This document shows, piece after piece, positions 14,000-26,720 of a stretch of DNA of 64,000 nt; positions within the stretch are counted from its first letter, which is position 1; the number at the start of each line of letters is the position of its first letter. The notes beneath the pieces were generated by a model that did no database searches, had not been told where the DNA came from, and worked only from the letters and a program-made list of their open reading frames with translations. The stretch is from assembly GCF_022045235.1 (NCBI RefSeq), contig NW_027266264.1:88660001-88724000 (forward strand), written 5' to 3'. The stretch is from Haliotis cracherodii (Eukaryota). Both the position numbers and the translations under genes were made by a program.

Positions 14000-14960
14000 T
14001 AGTTGAAATCCCAAGCCTAATAAAATGAAATCCCAGCACCTTAAAAATGAAATCCCAGTTACCTAGAAGATGAAATCCCAGCCGCCAAAAGATGAATTCC
14101 TTGGTACCTAGAGGAAGAAGCCGCAATCCAAGGTATCAAGAAGATGAAATCCCAACTCCTTATAGATGAAATCCCTGGGACACCTAGAAGATGAAATCCC
14201 AGACCTAAAAGATGAATACCAAGATCCCTAGAGAAAGAACCCCAGCCCTGAAGATGAAATCCTAAGAATCTAGAAAATTAAGTCCCATTCCTTATAGATG
14301 AAATCCAAGGTATCTGGAAAGTGAAATTCCAGCTCCTAAAAGATGAATTCCTAGGTATCTCGAAGATGAAATCCCAATTAACTCCTTAAAGTTGAAATCC
14401 CTGACACCTAGAAGACAAAATCCCAGAACCTGAAACATGAATTCCTAGGTATCTAGAAGATAAAGTCCCAACTCCTTATAGATGAAATCCCAGACACCTA
14501 GAAGATGAAATCCCAGCCCCTAAAAGATGAATTCCTAGGTACCTAGAAGAAGAAGCCCCAGCCCTTTGAAGAAGAAATCCCAGGTATCTAGAAAATGAAA
14601 TCCCAGCCCCTTATAGAAGAAATCCCAACTCCTATTAGATTCTCGACCTCTATAGAATAAGATAACCTATACACGGGCGGAGACAGCTTTTTTGAAAAGG
14701 GGGGTGCACAATTAAGATCTATTTATTGTCTTTGGTGGTAATTTATACAGAAATCAAGATTTTTTTCGGAATAAAAAGGGGGGGTGTACACACACACACA
14801 CCCCCCTCTGTATCTGCCCATGCTATACACCAAGAAGTCAAAATCTTTGACTAGCTCTTTTAAAGATGAAATCTAAGAGACCCTGAAGAAGATATCCCAC
14901 TTAAAGATTAAATGTCCCAGACACCTCAAAGATGAAATGATGTAGATCTTGAAAGAAGAA
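14000..14960. repeat. Old, degenerate ~23-bp tandem repeat
   Basis: Recurrent AGATGAAATCCCAG...CCTAGA motif. Confidence 0.75.
14672..14822. mobile_element. MITE, 151 bp, possibly Transib-like
   Basis: TIRs CACGGGCGGAGACAG and CTGTATCTGCCCATG; 5-bp direct repeat CTATA at 14667-71 and 14823-27. Confidence 0.6.
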
Positions 14961-15757
14961 ATTGATGCCTGAAATTGTTGTCACGTCTCTAAGAGTAAAA
15001 ACATTAGCAAGTTTATATATAGTTACTCAATAATTCTCTATAGGTTATGTCAAGCATACTAAAGTCATGTTTCAACCAGGTAGTGTTTTATTGTCCTTGA
15101 GAAAGCTGTAGGGAATTATTAATTGCTTCAATACCTGAGAGACCAGTATAGATGTTACTTACACAGCGTTTACTGTCACTGGAACAAGACAATGACAGCA
15201 CTCAAGTGTCGGCGGACATAGATACGGATGTCGTTGTCTAACAGAACAAGTACTGGGACGACTGTCTGCGTGTGATGTGTATGATGACTTCATTTGTTGT
15301 ATGGAAGGCTGTGGCATGCCAATGTGATAACAAGCATGAACCTCACACCGTGCCATTGTACCCACACTGATACGCAGAGAGTCTTTGTGTGGTAGAAGTG
15401 AAGGAATTGATTGTGTATCTGGGAGACTATTAGTGATGACAGGTTACAGGGTCCTTTGTTGGTGAGTATCTGTTCTTCACAACCTCTGCTCAATGAAGTG
15501 TATTCTAGCCTTGCTTGCAGTGTCTTGGTTCACAGCTGCAGAGTGACAGTGGTTTTACCTACCTACCATTTGTTTGCTTATTCCTAACAGCATCGGCTTT
15601 GTAATCCACTCCAGGAGCAATTGCTATGAGTTGATGCAATGTTAATTAAGAACTTTTACCTGTTGATTTGTTGGTGGGAAGGGAAGCAATATGGGTAACT
15701 GCAACAAACATTGTTGAACATCTTCTTTGATAGGCATTTAGAAGTTGGAGTACTAAG

Positions 15758-15916
15758 TAAGGATAAGAATTTATGGATGAACAACTTCTTTATTACAATT
15801 AAGAGTGATGTTTCGGTATAGGTTATCACTTGCTTGATAACGGTGTTAGAACCTACACTGAAACGTCGCTCTTAATTGTATTAAAGAAGTTGTTCATCCA
15901 TAAATTCTTATCCTTA
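15758..15916. mobile_element. Long inverted repeat, probable Penelope-like element terminal remnant
   Basis: ~67-bp arms at 15758-15824 and 15850-15916 with a ~25-bp spacer; motif CTTGATAA-stem-GAAACGTCG...TAAAGAAGTTG. Confidence 0.6.
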
Positions 15917-16731
15917 ATTGTTGAACATGACATGTTTCATATATTTTACTTCTTGTCAAAACAACCATCCCCAATGATCTGAAATGTTATATGAATGAGT
16001 AACACAATTCATTTTCCCAGTCTTGACCAAAAACCTTTAAGTGAGAGGGCTGATATAAAACATTGGTGAATGTGTGTGTATATGCGGCAGTACTAGAGAC
16101 TGTGTGTGATGACTGGAGACAAACTTAGCCATGTCTGCAAGTGATGCACAAGTCACTTTAACATACACCAGAGACACATTTCAAGGGGGTGTGATGTCTG
16201 TCCAGTGGACACATTCATAAATGTTTCAACATCTATGTAGTGGCTAAATATATGACTAGGATTTTAGTCAAATAATCAACTCCTGGTAGAGTCTCGAGAT
16301 CCTGTGACCTTACATATCAAATTCCTGATATGACAACTGGTTTGAAGAATACATGTACTGTTATATATGACCAGTGGTCAGTGATGTCCTCAGCAGCCAT
16401 GTGGACCATGAACCAACACTAGGGCTTGCTCTGGTTGAGATATGAATCATGTGTATGTGTCATTCCCTTTGCAATTAAGAGTTAATAGTCATGAAAATAA
16501 TTCTAGAGAGGAGTTACCCTCATATATGTTTTAGGATAATATTTTTTCTTGACCTTCAGGATAACCCATTTTCCTCCTGAAGAGCCATAATGCCCAATTT
16601 TTGTGTGGCTATCTCAGCAGTGGTGGCATGATATATATTGTCATGTATTTTTTATCTAATTAAATTTTTATACTTTGAATATGAAAGTTTCATTGGATGA
16701 AGTGTGTTCTCAGTATAGGCACTGTCACATA

Positions 16732-17961
16732 TAGTTGGGTAGGAAGAAGGGGGTATTGTGCACCCCCCGGAAATCAATTTCTAATTGGTGTTTCTAAACT
16801 GGAAAAATGTCATAGAAAACGATTTGCTATGTTAAAAAGTTGTCAAAATGTCCCACGTACCATTTTTATGCAAATTAGTCGCCATTACTGGAAAATGCAT
16901 ATTTCGTCATATCTCAGCCCATAGTGCAGATAGCTCAATACTTAAGGTGTCTAAACCCATGTTTTGAGGGTCTAAGAGCGTTATAAAACTATTCTTGAAA
17001 TGATCAGATGTGTTATTATGCAAATTATTGCAGCCATTAGTGAAAACTCTATTTTTCGCCATATCTTGGCCAATATCAATGATAACTGCAGACATAGAGC
17101 GTATGGACCTATGTTCTGAAGGTCAAGGAATATAAAAACATAAATACATGTATATATATTTTAAAACAAATTTATTTTCTGATGGTTCAAGAACACAATA
17201 ACACTATAACACAATAACACTATAAGTGTCCTAGTACATGTAGAATGTATGCTAGCATGTCCAAGCATGCTAAGTATGCAACAGAACAGCTAGGACTGGG
17301 CCATACAATTCTGTAAGTTACAGTCAAATTCTTTACTCATCACTCATCATCACTTTCATCTAAACTGTCAAACTCATCATTTTCATCGTCATCTTCATCA
17401 ACAACATGTTCATCTCCTTCCCGATCACCAGCATCCAGGAGATCAACCAGCGAGGTTGGTAGGACAGGACCATTTGACCACATTGGTTCCAGGACTCCTT
17501 GGTCAGTTCTCATCCACCCCTGCTGCTCCTCGTAAGGCTTGGGTTTCTCCACAAAAGGTTGGTCAGCTCGCTTGTACAAAGCAACCCGATGGTTCACACG
17601 CTGAATGTGTGGCTCCAAAGCAGATTGGCATGGGTGAAGGCGAGCTAGGTCGACCTTAGACTTGGAAGTGAGTTTCTTGTCCTCTCCCACCATTTTGCGG
17701 AGCAGCTTGACACGGACGGCGTTCACAGAAGACTCACGACACTGTCCGTACATCAGACATGTGAACTGCTCTAGCTGCTTCATCACCTGAGGCTTGACGT
17801 TCCAGTCGTCACCCAGTTGCCTGAAGGCCTTGTGGAAGGCGCCATCCCAGAAGATCTGCCCTACCCCAAGGATGTTAAAGTGTGTTGTGCATCACTTGCA
17901 GACATGGCTAAGTTTTTGATTTCCTGGGGGTGCACAATACCCCCTTCTTCCTACCCAACTA
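16732..17961 (-). mobile_element. Academ-like DNA transposon, internal-deletion derivative
   Basis: TIRs of at least 36 bp, TAGTTGGGTAGGAAGAAGGGGGTATTGTGCACCCCC, at both ends; TAG termini; 3-bp TSD ATA; carries a C-terminal coding fragment. Confidence 0.8.
17340..17845 (-). pseudogene. C-terminal fragment of an Academ-like transposon protein
   Basis: FHKAFRQLGDDW..FTCLMYG..LHPCQSALEPHIQRVNHRVALYKRA..PKP..GW..LEPMW..PVLP plus acidic tail; matches the recalled LPPCxxAL..H..R.NY..W..P..GW pattern; N-terminus deleted. Confidence 0.7.
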
Positions 17962-18109
17962 ATATTGTGTTTTCTTGTGCTTATTTGTGGTTAAGATATT
18001 TTTAAAAGTTGACTTATTAATTATACCTTTATGCAAAACTGTATAGACAGTGATGGATTTACCTTTAGACCTCTATTATAAAAATATGTGTACAAAGACC
18101 TCAAGGAGG

Positions 18110-19710
18110 CCCATGTGTACACAGACCAATGTGTACAGAGAGACCCATGTGTACAGAGAGACCCATGTGTACAGAGTGGCCCATGTGTACAGAGAGACCC
18201 ATGTGTACAGAGAGACCCATGTGTACAGAGAGACCCATGTGTACAGAGTGGCCCATGTGTACAGAGCGGCCCATGTGTACAGAGAGACCCATGTGTACAG
18301 AGTGGCCCATGTGTACAGAGCGGCCCATGTGTACAGAGAGACCCATGTGTACAGAGAGACCCATGTGTACAGAGAGACCCATGTGTACAGAGAGACCCAT
18401 GTGTACAGAGAGACCAATGTGTACAGAGAGACCCATGTGTACAGAGAGACCCATGTGTACAGAGTGGCCCATGTGTACAGAGAGACCCATGTGTACAGAG
18501 AGACCCATGTGTACAGAGAGACCCATGTGTACAGAGTGGCCCATGTGTACAGAGCGGCCCATGTGTACAGAGAGACCCATGTGTACAGAGTGGCCCATGT
18601 GTACAGAGCGGCCCATGTGTACAGAGAGACCCATGTGTACAGAGTGGCCCATGTGTACAGAGTGGCCCATGTGTACAGAGTGGCCCATGTGTACAGAGTG
18701 ACCCATGTGTACAGAGTGACCCATGTGTACAGAGTGACCCATGTGTACAGAGTGACCCATGTGTACAGAGTGGCCCATATGTACAGAGTGGCCCATGTCA
18801 ACAGCGTGGCCCATGTGTACAGAGAGACCCCATGTGTACACAGACCAATGTGTACAGAGAGACCCATGTGTACAGAGAGACCCATGTGTACAGAGAGACC
18901 CATGTGTACAGAGAGACCCATGTGTACAGAGAGACCCATGTGTACAGAGAGATCCATGTGTACAGAGTGGCCCATGTGTACAGAGCGGCCCTTGTGTACA
19001 GAGAGACCCATGTGTACAGAGTGGCCCATGTGTACAGAGTGGCCCATGTGTACAGAGAGACCCATGTGTACAGAGTGGCCCATGTGTACAGAGTGGCCCA
19101 TGTGTACAGAGTGGCCCATGTGTACAGAGTGACCCATGTGTACAGAGTGACCCATGTGTACAGAGTGACCCATGTGTACAGAGTGACCCATGTGTACAGA
19201 GTGGCCCATATGTACAGAGTGGCCCATGTCAACAGCGTGGCCCATGTGTACAGAGAGACCCCATGTGTACACAGACCAATGTGTACAGAGAGACCCATGT
19301 GTACAGAGAGACCCATGTGTACAGAGAGATCCATGTGTACAGAGAGACCCATGTGTACAGAGAGACCCATGTGTACAGAGACCCATGTGTACAGAGAGGC
19401 CCATGTGTACAGAGAGACCCATGTGTACAGAGATCCATGTGTACAGAGAGATCCATGTGTACAGAGAGATCCATGCGTACAGAGAGATCCATGTGTACAG
19501 AGAGATCCATGCGTACAGAGAGACCCATGCGTACAGAGAGACCCATGCATACAGAGAGACCCCATGTATACAGAGACCCAAGTTTACATAGCCCATTGTG
19601 TCGAAACCCAAGTGTACAGAGAGACCCATGTGTACACAGACACCATGTGAACAGAGGCCCATGTCTACAGAGAGGCTTATGTGTACAGAGACCCCATGTA
19701 TACAGAGGCT
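18110..19710. repeat. Minisatellite, 18-bp unit with a ~431-bp higher-order duplication
   Basis: Unit CCCATGTGTACAGAGAGA; rare variant TCAACAGCGTGG at 18798 and 19229. Confidence 0.96.
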
Positions 19711-19850
19711 GACCCACACCGTTTCTTTGCTGCCATTGATAACCATACATTCTGTGGAATTATTTATGATCTCTGTTGGCATCATACCCACATGATAACT
19801 GTCTAATATATTGTTAATGATTCGAACACTGCTTGTGTCTTATAAGCACA

Positions 19851-20295
19851 TGTAGTGGCCATTGTGTAATGTGCTAGACACAACTGACAGTGTTTATGGG
19901 TAGTGGCCATTGTGTAGTGGTGCTAGACACAACTGACAGTGTTTATGGGTAGTGGCCATTGTGTAATGTGCTAGACACATGTGACAGTGTTTATGGGTAG
20001 TGGCCATTGTGTAGTGGCGCTAGACACAACTGACAGTGTTTATGGGTAGTGACCATTGTGTAGTGGCGCTAGACACATGTGACAGTGTTTATGGGTAGTG
20101 GCCATTGTGTAGTGGCGCTAGACATATGTGACAGTGTTTATGGGTAGTGGCCATTGTGTAGTGGCGCTAGACACATGTGACAGTGTTTATGGGTAGTGGC
20201 CATTGTGTAGTGGCGCTAGACACATGTGACAGTGTTTATGGGTAGTGGCCATTGTGTAGTGGCGCTAGACACATGTGACAGTGTTTATGGGTAGA
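19851..20295. repeat. Minisatellite, 49-bp unit
   Basis: Unit GTAGTGGCCATTGTGTAGTGGCGCTAGACACATGTGACAGTGTTTATGG. Confidence 0.95.
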
Positions 20296-20957
20296 CGGAT
20301 GATCAGACAATATTTGTGTGGTTAATATGGAGTTGATTGGCAGCCCGACACTACTCACAACACTCTGTTAAATATTGATACCATTACCTATCCTATCATA
20401 TTGCACTTGCTTTCCAATTGTTTTGATTGATGTAAGTTATGCCAACATTAAGCCAGGAATGAATTGAAGATATATAGTAATTTGTGAAACAGTTTTAATT
20501 ATGTATTGCAATAATCGTGATATGAGAGAAGGATGTCTTTAGTTAATATCAGTGTCATTTACTGAGAAGAGCAACTCATCGTTTATTGATTCAGTTCGTT
20601 TACTATTCACTGATCTGATGTGTCACTGACATTGTTACTCTGAAGTTTGTAATGAATGTTGATGGGTTTGTCACAACAGCTCCTGGGTTTACTGGCATCA
20701 TCGTAACCTTGTGGAAATCAATATGAGTCACCTGACATTGGACATCTTCACGCTACGTGTGATGTGGCTTCCTCCCACGTGACACTCACCTGTTTCCGTA
20801 TCACTCACACAGAGGGTACACTGGCTGGCTAAAGGTGTCAGTCCTACATTTGTAATGTTTGTGTCAGTATCAGAGTGTACATAGTCCATTCACAAACTCC
20901 AAACATCCACCAGTGACAAATGAAATGGAGTATTGTGACTCTTTGTTAAGCTATATT

Positions 20958-21053
20958 GAGTGAGTGATTGAGGATGGTTTTACGCCACTTTTAGCAATAT
21001 TCCAGCAATATCACGGCGGAGAACACCAGAAATGGGCTTCACACATTGTACCC
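20958..21053 (-). mobile_element. SINE family A, head replaced by a minisatellite
   Basis: GAGTGAGTG..TTTTACGCCACTTTTAGCAATATTCCAGCAATATCACGGCGG..GGGCTTCACACATTGTACCCA. Confidence 0.8.
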
Positions 21054-21705
21054 AAGCTATATGACTGTTGACTAGACAATGTGACTGTAGTACAAGCTAT
21101 ATGACTGTTGACTACATAATGTGACTGCAATATAAGCCATATGACTGTTGACTAGACAACATGACTGCAATACAAGCTATATGACTGTTCACTAGACAAT
21201 GTGACTGTAGTACAAGCTATATGACTGTTGACTACATAATGTGACTGCAATACAAGCCATATGACTGTTGACTAGACAACGTGACTGCAATACAAGCTAT
21301 ATGACTGTTCACTAGACAATGTGACTGCAGTACAAGCCATTTGACTGTTGACCAGATAATGTGACTGCAATACAAGCTATATGACTGTTGACCAGATAAT
21401 GTAACTGCAATCCAAGCCATATGACTGTTGACTAGACAATGTGACTGCAATTCAAGCTATATGACTGTTGACCAGACAACATGACTGCAATACAAGCTAT
21501 ATGACTGTTGACTAGACAATGTGACTGCAATACAAGCTATATGACTGTTAACCAGAGAACATGACTGCAATACAAGCTATATGACTGTTGACTAGACAAT
21601 GTGACTGCAATACAAGCCATATGACTGTTGACCAGACAATGTGACTGCAATACAAGCTATATGACTATTGACCAGACAATGTGACTGCAATACAAGCTAT
21701 ATGAC
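21054..21705. repeat. Minisatellite, 40-bp unit
   Basis: Unit CAAGCTATATGACTGTTGACTAGACAATGTGACTGCAATA. Confidence 0.95.
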
Positions 21706-21849
21706 ACCAGAGAGGAGTGAACACCCCTTTATGAACGATATATACTTTGTAGAAATGTAAATGTATTAAAACTCTATAACTTACTTATTTGGTGATATAT
21801 TCCACACACCATAAGAGTCCCTACCAGACCAGATGACTCCATTAGCAAA

Positions 21850-22090
21850 CCATATGACCCTTCACAAGGTCATATGACCCCAAGCAAGGCCATAATACCT
21901 ACACCAGATCTTATATATATGTTCGCACACAGGGCCATATGGCCCCACACAAGGCCAAATGACCCCACACAAGTCCATTTGACCCAACACAAGTCTATAC
22001 GACCCCACACAAGGCCATATGACCCCACACAAAGCCATATGACCCCATACAAGGCCATTTGCCCCACACTAGGCCATATGACCCCAAACC
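21850..22090. repeat. Degenerate ~20-bp tandem repeat
   Basis: Unit GGCCATATGACCCCACACAA. Confidence 0.8.
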
Positions 22091-22157
22091 ATTTTCTCTG
22101 CGCTCTATCATCTTCATCAGGCAAGTGAGTTAACTATCAGTAAAAGTCCAGGTTCCA

Positions 22158-23222
22158 CCTTTTGTAGTCAGTTCACTCCCTTGCCTCAGGATGATGTGGA
22201 AACTGGACTTTTGTAGTCAGTTCCCTCCCTTGCCTCGGAATTATGTGGAACCTGGACTTTTATAGTCAGTTCCCTCCCTTGCCTCGGAATGATGTGAAAA
22301 CTGGACTTTTGTAGTCAGTTCACTCCCTTGCCTCAGGATGATGTGGAAACTGGACTTTTGTAGTCAGTTCACTCCCTTGCCTCAGAAGAATGTGGAAACT
22401 GGACTTTTGTAGTCAGTTCAGTCCCTTGCCTGGGGAAGATGAGGAAACTGGACTTTTGTAGTCAGTTCACTCCCTTGCCTCGGGAAGATGTGGAAACTGG
22501 ACTTTTGTAGTCAGTTCACTCCCTTGCCTCGGAATGATGTGGAAACTGGACTTTTATAGTCAGTTTCCCCTTGCCTCAGAATGATGTGGAAACTGGACTT
22601 TTGTAGTCAGTTCACTCCCTTGCCTCAGGATGATGTGGAAACTGGACTTTTGTAGTCAGTTCACTCCCTTGCCTCAGGAAGATGTGGAAACTGGACTTTT
22701 GTAGTCAGTTCACTCCCTTGCCTCAGAAGAATGTGGAAACTGGACTTTTGTAGTCAGTTCAGTCCCTTGCCTGGGGAAGATGAGGAAACTGGACTTTTGT
22801 AGTCAGTTCACTCCCTTGCCTCAGGATGATGTGGAAACTGGACTTTTGTAGTCAGTTCACTCCCTTGCCTCGGGAAGATGTGGAAACTGGACTTTTGTAG
22901 TCAGTTCACTCCCTTGCCTCAGAAGAATGTGGAAACTGGACTTTTGTAGTCAGTTCAGTCCCTTGCCTGGGGAAGATGAGGAAACTGGACTTTTGTAGTC
23001 AGTTCACTCCCTTGCCTCGGGAAGATGTGGAAACTGGACTTTTGCAGTCAGTTCACTCCCTTGCCTCAGGAAGATGTGGAAACTGGACTTTTGAGGTCAT
23101 TTCATTCCCTTGCCTCAGGAGGATGTGGAAACTGGACTTTTGAAGTCAGTTCACTCCCTTGCCTCAGGAAGATGTGGAAACTGGACTTTTGTAGTCAGTT
23201 CACTCCCTTGCCTCAGGAGGAT
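22158..23222. repeat. Minisatellite, 49-bp unit
   Basis: Unit CTTTTGTAGTCAGTTCACTCCCTTGCCTCAGGAAGATGTGGAAACTGGA. Confidence 0.96.
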
Positions 23223-24837
23223 GGGTCTTCATGTGAGGAAATGTGGTACCCACCTGGAGTATCACTGCATCCTCTGTGCTCAGCCTGTCCACGACAATCA
23301 CCCACCCTTGAATGTGGACAGAACCCAATTTAGCAGCACATGATCAAAATATGCATTATTCATTGCGTGTCTATAAGGGGAATCTACTGCAGGTCTATAG
23401 TGCATGGATATGTCTAAACTCAAGGCAAGGGGTTATTTCTTGGGAATAAAATACTAACATAATACAGCTATCAGCCACCACCTCAATAGTGTCCGTCCAG
23501 CATCAATGATGGGGTATTGTTTATTAATTCCGAGTCACTCTGATTGTATAGATCACATATTTTCCATATGATCAATAAATATGTTTCATGTATGTTGAAT
23601 ATCATTTAGGTTATGATCACAAGTGAGATATAAATGTGATCCACATGCTGAAGAGACAGGTGCTGAAATGCCACACTGATATGTCCTGTGTATTTTGTTT
23701 TGTTTAGATTGGATGTTTTGTCATTTCTACAAATATTTACATGATACGTCCAGCAGGGCTATGTTAGCATTAAACGTTGTGTATTTAATATAAACATTCT
23801 GTGTGACAAAATGAATCCAGTTGAAACTTTTCTACATGATATTGATATAATGCGGTTGACGAGAATGTGCCATCAGTCTCTACTTTAATACTCAAGTTAT
23901 TTCTTCACCCTGACGCCTTCGCTGACATAAAAGTGAAGTAAACTTGATTTCACAGATTCATACTTCTTTGGGTGGTACAATGAACAAGAGTTCTTTGGTG
24001 ATCTGTGGTACGGACTTGTGTTTAAATTTTGATCAAAAGAATTTTGGTTTTATCTTATTCAATTCTAATTCGGTCTATTCTGGTTATGAAGTAGTCATTT
24101 AGAAGCAATTGTGATGGTAAGAACAATTTCACCATTTGGCTAAGTTGAATTTCCATCACATAAGGACTTCAGGTTTGGCAATGGCACAAAAAGTTTTAAA
24201 AAGTCTGGAGCCAAATGAATAAAAATAATCCTGGAACCAGGGGTGGGCTACAGTGCCCTTGGATTCCGCAGTCACATAGATTGTTTTACATTATCTGAGA
24301 AAGTTGTCAGGCAGGAATGGTCTTGTATGATGAAATACAACTATCTGTCAGCGAGTTTCATCCCTAATCACTGGTAAATCTGGAGGGGGAATCTAGTGCT
24401 GTATTCATATGCTTGTACATTTTATTACCTGTACTTGCATTGTTTTAATGTTTGTGAGACAGATGAAGCCTTTAATCAGCATGCTGTAGACACCTGCAAC
24501 TACAATGAATTACAGACTACTTTCTCCTTCTCTCAGCTATTGAATCATTTCGTTCAAACACTCCACAAGGTCCATTTACATGAGAGACATTTTGACTTCA
24601 GCCTTGAGGATTTGACTTGCAATGGTAGCTATTTCTATAGCCTGCCTCCTTCCACAATACTGTAATTAGGAATATATTGTGCTGAGTTAGAATAGAGGCC
24701 AAATGTAATAAGCACTGGCTTAATAGAACAGGAACAATATTACGTCAATGAACTGTCATAGCTATGAGAGAGTCATTGTAACCACAGGGTGTTGGAGCAT
24801 TGAATGTGGGGGAGCACAGGACGCTTCAATCAGAGCA

Positions 24838-24926
24838 GGGGGCACGGGGGGCCCAGTCGCCTAAGGCGCTGCAATTTGCTGTGCAGAGTTGCGTGCCTTG
24901 GGCATGCCAGAAACCATGATTGTGGG
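24838..24926 (+). mobile_element. Head fragment of SINE family C
   Basis: Colinear with the first ~90 bp of 45671-45956; stops at the start of the B-box. Confidence 0.8.
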
Positions 24927-25110
24927 TGCTTCATTCAGAGCATAGAGTGCTTCATTCAGAGCATGGAGTGCTTCATTCAGAGCATAGAGTGCTTCATTCA
25001 GAGCAAAGGGTGGTTCATTCAGAGCAAAGAGTGCTTCATTCAGAGCATAGGGTGCTTCATTCAGACCATAGGGTGGTTCATTCAGAGCATTAGATGCTTC
25101 ATTCAGAGCG
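24926..25110. repeat. Minisatellite, 21-bp unit
   Basis: Unit GTGCTTCATTCAGAGCATAGA. Confidence 0.9.
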
Positions 25111-25461
25111 TGTAACAAGGTAAATATCATGTAAATTATGGTAAATAACAAATCCGTACTGAAATACGCAATTTAATCCTTTTATTTCACTGGTTGTAAA
25201 AAGTGTTCATTCTTTATCTGGACTTTTGTTTGTAATCTATTACAAGATTTCATTTGTGAGCACCTGGTGTCATAACTGATTTTCAGTGGTCCATTCATAT
25301 AAATTTTTAATCTATTTTGCCCTTTATGCCAAATCTTTAATCTGTTTCAGCAGATAATCTAGACTGGTTATTCTCATGCAGTGATAATTTATATTTACAT
25401 CAATTTCGGCGAAATATTGTGTGAAGTGATTGGCAAACTTCACCAACTCAGTGTTTGTTTA

Positions 25462-25590
25462 GGGGGCGGTCGGGTAGCCCGGGTTCGATTCCCAACATGG
25501 GTACAATGTGTGAAGCCCAATTTTGGTGTCTCCCACCATGATATTGCTGAATATTGCTAAAAGCGGCGTAAAACAATATTCACTCACCAC
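25462..25590 (+). mobile_element. SINE family A with an internal deletion in the head
   Basis: B-box GGGTTCGATTCCC, shared body and tail; TSD TGTTTGTTTA at 25452-61 and 25591-600. Confidence 0.85.
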
Positions 25591-26461
25591 TGTTTGTTTA
25601 CAGCAACCATGGTCAGATTGCTACTGATGGCGCCTTTAAACCAACTTCAGTTGACAGAGAATGGATACATAAATCATACATGTCACACTTCAACTTGTTA
25701 AAAGTCATATTTCATATAGTCTGACTGTTATATGGCAACATAGTGTTTTTGTGATCAAAACAGTGAAAAGACACATCCGTGACTGGTCAAATTGTTCCAT
25801 ACATACAAAATATCCAGCAATAGCTGTCAGCTGTACCAAAGTGCTATGCTTATGGTTATTCTTATTTCAAATATGTACTGTAAAATCTGCAATCATTGCA
25901 ATAAAATTGTTTTAAGTTATATCATTAGGTAATTTTTAACCGAATCACAGGTAGATTTGGAGTAGATGTGCACACAGCTAATTGCCATTTCCAGCTTAGT
26001 TTACGAGAAAATAGACACAATAATCTCAATCTCTGCAAATAAAAAAATGCTTAGCAGAACATGATGTATGATTTAAATGGTAAATCATCATGTCTTGTGA
26101 TGTTTTTTCTCAAATTTCACATTTCAGAGTGTGATACTAGCTTTTATTTAACTGATTTGCACATGCATTTTCAATCCTCATCGTCTATGATCTACGCTAC
26201 ATACATTCATAAGCAAAATATTACTTGTCACTGAAAGATGATTACATTTTATTCACTGCAAACATGTTCATTTACAATCATTATGCAATGTGTTGATCAT
26301 CAGCAGTGAATATCCACTGTGTATCTGTATAACACCCTTCCTATGAACCCCGACGACAATGATATATCGATGGTTCACTGTCGTAAGGAAATGGCAATGC
26401 CCTTCATCATGTTTCTTTATAAGTACTGGCAACAGTTCATCTTATAGTAGTGCAGCTTCAT

Positions 26462-26720
26462 TGTTTGGTTTTTTTGTTTGTTGTTTAACGCTGCACACAG
26501 CAATATTCCAGCTATATGACGACAGTCTGTAAATAATCAAATCTGGAGCAGACAATCAAGTGATTGCCTTCACGAGCATCACTGCACCACAATTGGAATA
26601 CAATGACATGCATCAACCAAGTTAGTGAGCCTGACTACCCAATTCTAGGAGTTGGCATAGTCGCCTTTTACGACAAACATGGGTTGTTGAAGATCTATTC
26701 TAACTCGGATCTCACATGGT
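26462..26720 (-). mobile_element. SINE family B, head missing
   Basis: (TTTG)n-like tail, TTTAACGC..CAGCAATATTCCAGCTATATG, hairpin TAGTCGCCTTTTACGAC. Confidence 0.7.

Noticed and set aside
18050-19791. Cys/His-rich repetitive ORFs in all six frames
   Set aside because: Artefact of the 18-bp tandem repeat
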